A stretch of 64,000 nt of DNA, taken from Eledone cirrhosa (Eukaryota). The notes under the pieces were generated by a model that saw only the letters and a list, made by a program, of their open reading frames with translations, made no database searches and was not told the DNA's origin. Position numbers and translations under genes: made by a program. The stretch spans positions 19,158,001-19,222,000 of the forward strand of contig OZ024748.1 in the NCBI GenBank assembly GCA_964016885.1, given 5' to 3'. Below are positions 28,682 to 43,169 of this stretch, in pieces (position 1 is the stretch's first letter; every line of letters begins with the position of its first letter).

Positions 28682-28767
28682 AATAATGGAGCTGCGGCGT
28701 TGCAAATGGGTTACATATGAAAAAGTAAGTCCTTCGTCAGTGGCCTTCCAACCGTCCTAGGCATTTC

Positions 28768-28842
<75 letters not shown>

Positions 28843-28849
28843 TTATATA

Positions 28850-29046
28850 TGGAGTAGGAGACGCAGTGGTAGACCCTGAGCAGGATGGTTGCACAACATG
28901 CACGAGCCTGGCTGGTCAGACTTAGGGATCCAGCCAGATCAGTTGAAGACAGTTGCTTCTTATAGGACCTTCTGGAGGGAGTGTCTGAGGATTCTGCTCC
29001 CATGACCCTCTCAGGAATACGTAGCTGAAGAAGAAGAAGAAGAAGA
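28850..29046 (+). mobile_element. LINE 3'-end relic (RTE-like) with (GAA)n tail
   Basis: Degenerate RR.GRP..W...W pattern followed by ctgaagaagaagaag; follows a (TA)n tract. Confidence 0.5.
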
Positions 29047-29179
29047 CATATACAGGAAATCGAAGACAATTTTCCATTCATGATTCCGTGAAATATTTTT
29101 ACATGGCATACTTGAATCTGATGTCTTTCTACATGTGACTAATTACAAACAAACGGAGTATCGCTTCCGTTTGGTGATA

Positions 29180-29492
29180 AAAGAAGAAGAAGAAGAAGAA
29201 GAAGAAGAAGAAGAAGAAGAAGAAAAACGAGAAGAAGAAGAAGAAGAAGAAGAAGAAGAAGAAGAAGAAGAAGAAGGAGAAGAAGAAGAAGAAGAAGAAG
29301 AAGAAGGAGAAGAAGAAGAAGGAGAAGGAGAAGAAGAAGAAGGAGAAGAAGAAGAAAAAGGAGGAGAAGAAGAAAAAGGAGGAGAAGAAGAAGAAGAAGA
29401 AGAAGAAGGAGAAGAATAATAATAAGAAGAAGAAGGAGAAGAAGAAGAAGAAGGAGAAGAAGAAGAAGAAGAAGGAGAAGAAGAAGAAGAAG

Positions 29493-29524
<32 letters not shown>

Positions 29525-29527
29525 GGA

Positions 29528-29596
<69 letters not shown>

Positions 29597-29612
29597 GAAG
29601 AAGAAGAAGATT
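29180..29612. repeat. (GAA/GGA)n plus (TAA)n compound repeat
   Basis: Direct reading. Confidence 0.95.
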
Positions 29613-30079
29613 ACTGAAATTGTGAAGTTACATAACGTCAACATACACTAGACAATCTCTCTCTCTCCCTCACACACACTCATTCTCACTCTCTCACCTG
29701 TCTCTCTCTCCATATATATTTATATATGTTTGTTTATATATGTACATATGTACATAAGTTTGTATATATATATATATATATATAGACACATATACATACA
29801 TATACACATAGATACACACTTATATACCCTGGTATGTGCACGTCTAGGTCTTCCCTCGTCTCTCAAATTCCAGTCATTAATCTAGATAAGTAAGAGAGCG
29901 GATCTGTCTATGTTATCTTCTGACACTTGGCATACTCCTGCCATTCCAAGTCAAAGCGATACACTTCCAGAAATTTCCTCAGGATAAAGCACTTGGCTCC
30001 CCAGGGAAGAATTTGGGCTAATGGAGAAATTGGGGGGACATCCAAACTGGCAAAGAATCATGTACATTGGATATATATA

Positions 30080-30461
<382 letters not shown>

Positions 30462-30556
30462 CATTACTCCGGAGTAACCAAACCAACCTGCGCACTTCGT
30501 CGAGTGCTCGAGCCTGCATATTGAGGTGTTGGTATACAACCAACATATACTCAAAA

Positions 30557-30592
<36 letters not shown>

Positions 30593-31334
30593 CAAATAAA
30601 TTATCGAGAATCGCATTTCGGCCCACGAAATAACGAAAAACAACCTCCGAGATGTGTGGCAAGTGCTCAATGATTCAGATGAACATATATATTTGCAAAG
30701 AGTAAACAAATAACAAAATAAACGACACGTACTAAGTAAACCGAAGCAACATAGCAAAAAATACAGTACAGTAAAGAAATATATTAGTTTAAGGCTTGAT
30801 ATAGTAGCAAATATATATTTACGTTTCGGACACTAGTTTATCAGAACGAGAAGTAAAAGATGAAATAGAAAGATAGAGTGAGCAGATGAAGGAACAGAAA
30901 AAAAAAACAACGATTTTGTGAAAAAATAAACACGTGTGTGACATCTATATACCTAACTGGAGAGAGATGACGGATTAACAGCTTTCAAAATACTTTTGCT
31001 GTTGCAGACTGAAACTCGTCAGAGACTTGTACAAATATTGAAGTTTGAAAAACTTGTTCATGATAATTCGGTGCTGCAATGAATATTTTCTAGATGACAA
31101 TTAAAAATGGAGGAGGAATTGAAGACTTTTGGGATTGCAAGGTGAGGAATGTGACCAGAGTTTATTTGAAACACTGCAAACATGCAGGAAGCCACAATTT
31201 TAACCAGAATATTTAATGTCAAGTTTAGATGACTTTACAAACTCTCGAGCAAATAGAAGCGTTAGACACAGAGTTTAATAACGTTGGTCCTTTCAATTAC
31301 AGATGCAGTCTATCTTGTATTATAGTCTAAGTGC

Positions 31335-31555
31335 GGTGTATTGGCAGTGTCAATAGAGTGTCGGACAATATCTTTTACGGCATAGAGTTACAACCCTTTG
31401 CGTTCTGAGTTCAAATTTCGCCGAAGTTAGCTTTATCTTTCATCCTTACGGGGTCGATAAAAGTAAAACACCAGTAATGCACTGGGGTCGATTTAATCGA
31501 CTTTTTTCCCCCTCCTCAAAATTGCTGTCATTGTGTCTATAGTAGAAATCATTAT
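31335..31555 (+). mobile_element. SINE family A copy (long variant)
   Basis: Head gcggtgtattggcag...gagttcaaatttcgccg; contains the ggggtcgatttaatcgac segment. Confidence 0.85.
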
Positions 31556-32340
31556 AGTGTAAGTGGTTTAATATTCCACCGCCACATGTGCACATGGCGC
31601 TGACCACAGCGGTATTTGAATTCATGGCGCTGTGAATCGTAGCAAATACCACAGAGGATTCTATCCAACGTTCTAACTATTTTGCTATTCCAACAATTTG
31701 AGTTTAGTTAATCATCTGAAATTATATTTGAAATCACATTCTCGTGTTAAAGCTTGCTTTAGTTCAGGTGCTGCTTTAGTATTTCAAAAAAAAAAAAATC
31801 ACATTTTTGTACATTTAGTTGTTTTTGTTCAGCTGGTACTCCGTATCAAATCAACTTTACACTATATAAACTTTTCCTATACAGTGTTGTTTTACCTTTT
31901 TAAATCACATTTTCGTACCTTTATGCTGTCGAAGATTTTTCTGTTCAGGTGTTGGTGTAACATTTTAAATCAGATTTATATTTTTTTCATAAGAAAGATA
32001 AAAATAATTTTAAGGACTAAAGAGATAAATTTTGAAATATTATATCTTTCTAACGTTTAACACAGTCACCAGAGGCAAACCATATATCAGCAGCTTGGTA
32101 TATGGTCATATAGTAAATGTGCTTATGTATGTGTATCTACACTCACATAATCAAAGTCACACACATACACTCACATAATCAAAGTCACACACACACATAC
32201 ACGCAGACACACATACACGCAGACACACAGACAATTATATATATTTATATTACTCTCACACATACATACATACTCACACACACGCACACACATTTATACA
32301 CACACACATATATATATACAAAAATACACACAGACACACA

Positions 32341-32384
<44 letters not shown>

Positions 32385-32454
32385 GTAGAATCGCAACGGC
32401 GAGCCCAGCCGTTTAAGTTTAATTCCATTCTTCAACACATTTTTCAAGTGCAAA

Positions 32455-32575
32455 TCGTTCTGAATCTTCATGAGAATTACATTAAGGACACATATGTTTG
32501 TGGATTGCTCAGACACTTACACATTAATTTAAGAAACAGTCTGTTCCATGGATTCAATAGCTGGAATACTCAAGA
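32455..32575 (+). mobile_element. Degenerate SINE body/tail (same family as the 126-bp satellite source)
   Basis: ctgaatcttcatgagaattacattaagg...gtggattgctcagacacttacacattaatt. Confidence 0.5.
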
Positions 32576-33496
32576 TCAAAATCGATTTTGGTTTAATAAC
32601 AACTCTGATCCCCAGCCTGTTTTAGGGGCTGGACGCTCTAAACGTAAGTTAGATCAGCGAGGCATCGACAGAGTATCAACCGAAGCTAATTTAAGCAAGC
32701 CAAATATATCAATTTCCTCTTAAACACGAATCAAAACAAAACAAAACAAAAAACATTCGCAAACTGGAGTCTCTTGGCTCCCAGAGGAGGCATGCCAAAT
32801 CCCAGCTAAGAGAGGAACTTGGGAGTAATGTTAAAGAGAGGGAATAGATATATATCAAATGAAATACCAATATACTCAGCTATAAGTTTGATTACGAATT
32901 AATAGTTAAACAAACATACAAACAAACAAACAAACTACTACTTCAGATTTAGTCTCGTTTGGGACTATACAATTATTGGGCTTGCGTAAGTTGATATAGA
33001 TGACAGTTGAAAGTGAGGGAGAAATCGAGGGAAACGGTGGAGGAGGAATAGGAGAAGGGGTGGCGCTGGGGGTGATGAATTATGACCCAGGATTTTCAGA
33101 ACCACTGGACTATATCAACTATTGATATATAAAAACCTTCCTCGTATTAATATGGCGTTCGGGGAAAAAAAAAAAAAAATTATTAAATGACAATTCAAAA
33201 TGAATGCGGTATTGAAGAAATTTAGGGATTTTAATGGAAAGAACCTAAACGAAGAATCAGAGAATCTACTGCCTTAAAGACAGCATTCTACTTAATTGAT
33301 CGTAATCTAACGTGAGAAGATATATTAGAAATTAATATATTTTACCGTTTACATATGTTAAGGAGCAAAAAATGAAGAGATTAATTTAAAATTAAGACAT
33401 AAATTAGATATATCAATAAAAAACAAATTACCCCAGGGAATTTTGAAAATCAAGGCCAATGTTTAATGTAAATTATATTATATTCATATCAGTAAA

Positions 33497-33544
<48 letters not shown>

Positions 33545-33770
33545 CACAGTTCAAGAGTAACCAATCTTAAAGATTATTATTCTCTACATTCCTTACATCA
33601 AACTAAAATATGTTGACAATCTTTTAATAATAATGTCTTCCTTGTGAAATTTGTGGTCTTGTTTTGCTTAACTAATGAGTATATATATATATATAGTGTG
33701 TGTGTATATGTATACACACATATTATACATATATTGTGTGTATGTGAACATATATATAGTGTCTATGTGT

Positions 33771-33844
<74 letters not shown>

Positions 33845-33922
33845 GTATATATACATACTTATTATATATATATATAAATGAAAATATAGAAATTATTGTG
33901 AGCTAGAAGCCAACAGTATTTC

Positions 33923-33975
<53 letters not shown>

Positions 33976-34231
33976 ATGTGTGTATATATTTAATATAAAA
34001 AAGGATTTTACAGGACTAGAACTGTTTCATTCGGGAGAAATAATCTTTCCTGATGATTTCTTTGAAGCCATTTCTGTGTTAAACACGACGTTTACAATCT
34101 ACTAATGTATTGAGTACCTTACTAACTGTTGTTACCCCCGATTGAACCCGGGACTCATATATATATATATATACACATATACATATTTATATACACATAT
34201 ATGAATGTGTGTATGTATATATACACACACA

Positions 34232-34327
<96 letters not shown>

Positions 34328-34925
34328 TATATACACACACACACACACATATATATATATGCATATATATACACACGTATACATCGTGAAAGAATGTCAC
34401 GTCATAGTGCTGCTGGTGTCTATTAATGTCAAACTAAAGAGTGAAAGGCAACATTATGCAATCTGTCCATGAGCTGATCGTAAATTAACAAACTTTGAAA
34501 AATTAAACCGAAATAGAATTCCTATTGAATTCAACTGATTTTATTTTGCCAACACATGTTGCATCATAAGGACGGATTAATTAGGGAGATTAAAAGAAAA
34601 TTTTAATGGTAGAGGTTTAGGGGACACCCACGTTGAGTATATATTTCGTAACATTTAAAATATTTCTTCCAAGGCCACAGGTCCAGATGGTTGGGATATG
34701 TGAATATCGTAAAAGAGAATATATGTATGTGCGCATGTATATATATATATATATATGGATAACCAAAGATGTGGGTTTGACTCCCATGTACGTCAAGACT
34801 CATCTTTTTCCATTTCTCTGAGGGTTCTAAAGCTCACTATCAGGCTAAAAATTACTTTAGTAAAAAATACGGTGATAGCTTATATTTCTAATTTCAAAAA
34901 ATCGCTCAGTGTTTCAAAAACATAC

Positions 34926-35114
<189 letters not shown>

Positions 35115-35231
35115 GTAATATAAACGTTTTTCGAAATATTTACTTCTGCGTTCACAGATTGATTTTTTTAGTTTCAGAAGATCCCGTTAAGGGTGAAAGC
35201 AGCGATTCTTTGCTTAAACTTTAATCTGTTA

Positions 35232-35313
<82 letters not shown>

Positions 35314-35655
35314 CATATATATATATACACAGAAATATCCACGGTTAGTTGTGGGGTCTAGTCTGCATGAAGAACTCAATGTAATCCATATGTTGAAAAT
35401 GTTGTATGTTAAAATAAATCCCGGAAAACAATAAAACACCGAAAGGAAAACAGAGTTAATTAGAACTCAATTTACTATTGATTTTGAATAACATTTTCAT
35501 TGCTTTTGACAACGGCTGACACGTAGGTAAATATATTCCTTATTTGATATTTTGTAACTAACCTTACATAGATCGATAACGAAATATGCGTACGATGTAT
35601 TATCATTACCTAAAAACGATCGTAAAGCACTTGAATTTTTATTTCATTGTTTTAA

Positions 35656-35715
<60 letters not shown>

Positions 35716-35724
35716 TTAAAACAA

Positions 35725-35764
<40 letters not shown>

Positions 35765-35789
35765 CATTGTTTTAACTTATATATATATA

Positions 35790-35861
<72 letters not shown>

Positions 35862-35865
<4 letters not shown>

Positions 35866-36055
35866 AGGCGCGTGGCTGAGTGGTAAGAGTTCAATTCCTG
35901 GACCGGGCGATGAGTTATGTCCTTGAGCAAGACACTTTATTTCACGTTGCTCCCTCTACTTGGAGTTGCGACCGATAGATAGTATTAGCAATTGGAAAGA
36001 CCAACGGAAACATTGTTTCCTCGGTCCGATTTGACAAAAGCCGATCGACTGTCGA
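35862..36055 (+). mobile_element. tRNA-derived SINE with internal deletion, between (TA)n tracts
   Basis: gtgaaggcgcgtggctgagtggtaagagttcaattcctggaccggg...cttgagcaagacactttatttcacgttgctcc. Confidence 0.75.
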
Positions 36056-36412
36056 TATATATATATATATGTATATGTATGTATATGTATATATATATAT
36101 ATATATAATATGTAGGTGTGTGTGTGAGTGAGCGTGTTTAGTATTCTTAGTTCAAAACGAGTGTTATGACGTAGTTTTTGATTAACCATTCAGCCATCTT
36201 CAGAGGTCTGCTTAACAGAATTAAGTCAAATATGTGGTGAGTAGAGAAATATACTTTATCACAGATTGGTGTTGTTTGAGAACAACGATAATCATAGTCA
36301 CGCCAACCGTGCCCACCCCGTCTTTTATTAACTCCTATTGTATCTAATGTTGCATTCCTTACCCAGTTCGGCATTTCAGTGTAATCCCTCTTGTAAAAGA
36401 GTAAAGATTTTC

Positions 36413-36454
<42 letters not shown>

Positions 36455-36498
36455 GAAATGGTATATATTTTATCTGGTGATTCTATAGACATGTTTTA

Positions 36499-36536
<38 letters not shown>

Positions 36537-36613
36537 GCAAAACACACACTTACATACACACGTACACACACACATACACACATATATCTATCTATCTATC
36601 TATCTAGCTATCA

Positions 36614-36666
<53 letters not shown>

Positions 36667-36714
36667 AATGTGTATATGTGTTCCATATGTTAGTTTGTAA
36701 TGCTTGTAACCTTG

Positions 36715-36803
<89 letters not shown>

Positions 36804-36807
36804 TATA

Positions 36808-36848
<41 letters not shown>

Positions 36849-36849
36849 G

Positions 36850-36912
<63 letters not shown>

Positions 36913-37129
36913 ATATACACACACATGTGTTTCTGTGTATATGCATGTATTTCCTGTATAAACGATGAATTCAATCAAAAGTGTCAACTATTAATGACGC
37001 CAATCTATTTTAATTAGTTAATTAACCATTAAGGCCAGTTTTTCTATGGAGATTAAAACTGAACTATATTTACCTCTGATGTTTGCTGTTCTGTTGAGAG
37101 TGGGTTCAAATATTCCCTTGGTTAATAAT

Positions 37130-37313
37130 TGTTTCTACTTTTAGGCACAAGGCCACAAATACCCAGTGCATTACTGGTACTTTATTTTATCGACCCCGTA
37201 AGGATGAAAGGCAAAGTCAACCTCGGCGGGATTTGAACTCAGATCATAAAGGTTTGTAACTCTATGCTACAAAGCATGGTGTCCGAATCACTACCGATAC
37301 TGCCAATCCACCG
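37130..37313 (-). mobile_element. Full-length SINE A with 15-bp TSD
   Basis: cccttggttaataat at 37115-37129 and 37314-37328. Confidence 0.92.
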
Positions 37314-37407
37314 CCCTTGGTTAATAATACAAGTTTACTGTATTTCAAAAGGTAGTCGTTGTTTGAAGGCTCTTAAAAACACCGACATATGTCTAGTTCG
37401 ATATACT

Positions 37408-37951
<544 letters not shown>

Positions 37952-37952
37952 A

Positions 37953-37987
<35 letters not shown>

Positions 37988-38087
37988 AGTCTTGTTATAT
38001 ATCTAGATTCCTTGTGGTTTAAATAAGATAGGTATTTCTCACTAATACCCTTACCCTAACATTTTATTTTCCTTCGTTTTTAACAAT

Positions 38088-38250
38088 ATTGGCAGTATCG
38101 GTAGAGGGTCGGAATATGCTTTCCCTTTACGATCTGAGTTCAATTCCCGCCGAGGTTAACTTTGACTTTCATCCTTACGGGGTCGATAAAATAAAGTACC
38201 AGTAATGCACTGGTGAATTGCTGGCCTTGTGCCTAAAGTAGAAACAATTA
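38088..38250 (+). mobile_element. SINE family A copy
   Basis: Match to family consensus. Confidence 0.85.
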
Positions 38251-38476
38251 TTTAATAACATCAAATTTTCGTGTACCCTTCACTATCTTCTTGACTTGAC
38301 CTCATTTTATCTCCACAGTATTCTTTCCATTCAAAGCATAAGTCTGCACTCCTACACCCCTAGATTTAATCTCTACTACTGTCATTCTATCAACGTGACC
38401 TCTAACTCATTTTCTATTGGTCAATTCAAAACCAGACCTTTTATATTAATTCTTTGTTTTTTTCAATAAACACATC

Positions 38477-38612
38477 TCATCATTTCTGAGGACGGCATGT
38501 ATATGTGAAAGTATGTATATTTCCTCTGATAATTTGTAATATTTTTACATAGATCTATATGATATACATACCAACACACATATACATCCCAGAAACGATC
38601 GTAAAATGATGA
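38477..38612 (+). ncRNA. Type-I hammerhead motif with a long (~100 nt) stem II extension
   Basis: tcatcattt-CTGAGGA...atgtatatgtg/cacatatacat...GAAA-cgatcg-TA-aaatgatga: 9-bp stem I, palindromic helix III, GUA triplet. Confidence 0.68.
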
Positions 38613-38673
38613 ATTTTTTAATATAAAGAACTTGTTCTTTGTGTTTATTTCATTGTTTTTATTAATTTATTTA

Positions 38674-38733
<60 letters not shown>

Positions 38734-38780
38734 CGTATGTATATATGTATATATACATAAATTTACATAGGTATATATGT

Positions 38781-38817
<37 letters not shown>

Positions 38818-38848
38818 AATATATATATATATATATACATGTATATAT

Positions 38849-38964
<116 letters not shown>

Positions 38965-39094
38965 GTGTGTGTGTGTATCTGTGTGTGTATATGTCTCTGT
39001 GTGTATACATGTATATATAACAGGTCGAAGGTGAGGTTTTATGGTAAGCAGGAAATTACACGTAAGCCTGCCAGGTAGGTTGAAAGTTACATTG

Positions 39095-41820
39095 CAAAGG
39101 TTCACACTAGACACGCATTGTGACACACCGGTTCGGTTTAGTGTTTAGGTTAAGTGTACATATGTCTGTGGAATACTCAGCCACTTAGAATGGAACATAA
39201 GACTGACTGTAGTTCTAAATCAAAGGTTCACCCCTGACACGTATTGTGTCACACTGATTCGGTTTGGTATTTATGTTAAGGCTACACGTGTCAGTGGAAT
39301 ATTCAGCCACTTAGAATGGAGCACAAGACGGACTGTAACTCTAAATGAAAGGTTCAGCCTTGTCACACATTATACCACACTGATTCGGTTTGGGGTTTAA
39401 GTTAAGGCTACACGTGTCAGTGGAATATTCAGCCACTTAGAATGGAGCACAAGACGGACTGTAACTCTAAATCAAAGGTTCAGCCTTGTCACACATTATA
39501 CCACACTGATTCGGTTTGGGGTTTAAGTTAAGGCTTCACGTGTCAGTGGAATATTCAGCCACTTAGAATGGAGCACAAGACGGACTGTAACTCTAAATGA
39601 AAGGTTCAGCCTTGTCACACATTATACCACACTGATTCGGTTTGGGGTTTAAGTTAAGGCTTCACGTGTCAGTGGAATATTCAGCCACTTAGAATGGAGC
39701 ACAAGACGGACTGTAACTCTAAATGAAAGGTTCAGCCTTGTCACACATTATACCACACTGATTCGGTTTGGGGTTTAAGTTAAGGCTTCACGTGTCAGTG
39801 GAATATTCAGCCACTTAGAATGGAGCACAAGACGGACTGTAACTCTAAATGAAAGGTTCAGCCTTGTCACACATTATACCACACTGATTCGGTTTGGGGT
39901 TTAAGTTAAGGCTACACGTGTCAGTGGAATATTCAGCCACTTAGAATGGAGCACAAGACGGACTGTAACTCTAAATGAAAGGTTCAGCCTTGTCACACAT
40001 TATACCACACTGATTCGGTTTGGTATTTATGTTAAGGCTACACGTGTCAGTGGAATATTCAGCCACTTAGAATGGAGCACAAGACGGACTGTAACTCTAA
40101 ATCAAAGGTTCAGCCTTGTCACACATTATACCACACTGATTCGGTTTGGTATTTATGTTAAGGCTACACGTGTCAGTGGAATATTCAGCCACTTAGAATG
40201 GAGCACAAGACGGACTGTAACTCTAAATGAAAGGTTCAGCCTTGTCACACATTATACCACACTGATTCGGTTTGGTATTTATGTTAAGGCTACACGTGTC
40301 AGTGGAATATTCAGCCACTTAGAATGGAGCACAAGACGGACTGTAACTCTAAATGAAAGGTTCAGCCTTGTCACACATTATACCACACTGATTCGGTTTG
40401 GGGTTTAAGTTAAGGCTACACGTGTCAGTGGAATATTCAGCCACTTAGAATGGAGCACAAGACGGACTGTAACTCTAAATCAAAGGTTCAGCCTTGTCAC
40501 ACATTATACCACACTGATTCGGTTTGGGGTTTAAGTTAAGGCTACACGTGTCAGTGGAATATTCAGCCACTTAGAATGGAGCACAAGACGGACTGTAACT
40601 CTAAATGAAAGGTTCAGCCTTGTCACACATTATACCACACTGATTCGGTTTGGGGTTTAAGTTAAGGCTACACGTGTCAGTGGAATATTCAGCCACTTAG
40701 AATGGAGCACAAGACGGACTGTAACTCTAAATGAAAGGTTCAGCCTTGTCACACATTATACCACACTGATTCGGTTTGGTATTTATGTTAAGGCTACACG
40801 TGTCAGTGGAATATTCAGCCACTTAGAATGGAGCACAAGACGGACTGTAACTCTAAATGAAAGGTTCAGCCTTGTCACACATTATACCACACTGATTCGG
40901 TTTGGTATTTATGTTAAGGCTACACGTGTCAGTGGAATATTCAGCCACTTAGAATGGAGCACAAGACGGACTGTAACTCTAAATCAAAGGTTCAGCCTTG
41001 TCACACATTATACCACACTGATTCGGTTTGGGGTTTAAGTTAAGGCTACACGTGTCAGTGGAATATTCAGCCACTTAGAATGGAGCACAAGACGGACTGT
41101 AACTCTAAATCAAAGGTTCAGCCTTGTCACACATTATACCACACTGATTCGGTTTGGGGTTTAAGTTAAGGCTACACGTGTCAGTGGAATATTCAGCCAC
41201 TTAGAATGGAGCACAAGACGGACTGTAACTCTAAATCAAAGGTTCAGCCTTGTCACACATTATACCACACTAATTCGGTTTGGTATTTATGTTAAGGCTA
41301 CACGTGTCAGTGGAATATTCAGCCACTTAGAATGGAGCACAAGACGGACTGTAACTCTAAATCAAAGGTTCAGCCTTGTCACACATTATACCACACTAAT
41401 TCGGTTTGGTATTTATGTTAAGGCTACACGTGTCAGTGGAATATTCAGCCACTTAGAATGGAGCACAAGACGGACTGTAACTCTAAATCAAAGGTTCAGC
41501 CTTGTCACACATTATACCACACTGATTCGGTTTGGTATTTATGTTAAGGCTACACGTGTCAGTGGAATATTCAGCCACTTAGAATGGAGCACAAGACGGA
41601 CTGTAACTCTAAATCAAAGGTTCAGCCTTGTCACACATTATACCACACAGATTCGGTTTGGGGTTTAAGTTAAGGCTTCACGTGTCAGTGGAATATTCAG
41701 CCACTTAGAATGGAGCACAAGACGGACTGTAACTCTAAATCAAAGGTTCAGCCTTGTCACACATTATACCACACTGATTCGGTTTGGGGTTTAAGTTAAG
41801 GTTTCACGTGTCAGTGGAAT
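39095..41820. repeat. 126-bp satellite, ~21.5 copies, derived from a SINE body segment
   Basis: ggaat recurs at 39170, 39296, 39422 ... 41816 (exact 126-bp period); runs directly into a SINE tail at 41820-41910. Confidence 0.96.
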
Positions 41821-42436
41821 GTAGAACCACTTACGTGTTAATTCATGAGCAAGTCTTCATATAAATTGATAGAACAACTACATGCATTTCGTCGCAACCG
41901 ACGTAAAACCCATTACATTTTAAGCTAAGATTTTTTTTTGGTGTGTTTTGCGTCTTTCGCCTCTGTCTCCGCCTCCAAAAATATTCCTGGAATAGCATGC
42001 AATATCTGTCCTTCACGTTTTAGCACTGATAAGGTGGTTAATTTAGTTTGAACTTCTTCGTTGTTTTTCACCGTCGAAATGTTGTTATTGCTAACTGTTG
42101 AAGCACTCTAATTCGCAATATCTACCCGAACATCTTGTACCAAGATAGCGTGTAACGTTTCAAACACATCTGCCCAGCACTTTGTTGTGTTCTGTTAGAC
42201 GTTTTCTGCGTTTTTTGTTTTGTTTTCTTTTGTTGTTTGTTTTTTCTTTTTATTCTGTGGCCAGAAAAAAAAAGATGGCTGTGTTTGTGTATGTGTTGTT
42301 GCAAACAGCACATATACACGCTCTTGGGGAGACATGCTGAACAGTTTGATAGAAAAATAAGATAAATATATAAAACAACACAGGAGAGAGATAGGAGAAA
42401 GAAAGGCTCATACGTAACGATGAATACCGCTTTCTT

Positions 42437-42477
<41 letters not shown>

Positions 42478-42491
42478 TTACTTATTTGTAC

Positions 42492-42539
<48 letters not shown>

Positions 42540-42606
42540 TTGTACATATATATGTATATAGATATTTATGTATGTATATATATACTTGTACATATATACA
42601 TATTTG

Positions 42607-42657
<51 letters not shown>

Positions 42658-42690
42658 TTGCACATATATATGTATATATATATATTTATG

Positions 42691-42768
<78 letters not shown>

Positions 42769-42935
42769 TGTGTGTGTGTTTTGTCTACATATGGTTGGGC
42801 TTCATATCAGCAAACAGTTACACTAATATATACTCTTGCTAAAATATACACACCCATATATAAATATATGTACGTATGAATGTAGGAATATATATATATC
42901 AATATATATATATATATAATACCTAATATATATAT

Positions 42936-43009
<74 letters not shown>

Positions 43010-43169
43010 AAATATATACGAAAATAAATAGGTGGCCATGTTTGTTTGTGTGTCCGTATCTGAGTGGCGTTTAAAAATATCTAAATAAGCAAAGAAACAT
43101 TGAGTAAAGCACATAGACTAAGCCTAGAAATACCAGTGTTTGACTACTACCACATAGTCAAATCCATTG

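Noticed and set aside
30960-31300. Decayed Penelope GIY-YIG C-terminus with CTGACGA motif on the minus strand
   Set aside because: Too degenerate; the stems could not be drawn convincingly
36193-36241. Plus-strand exon with strong GTG|gtgagt donor
   Set aside because: Lies in what looks like a Penelope-type relic (gccatcttcag is the reverse of a ctgaaga core); shows that chance micro-exons occur here
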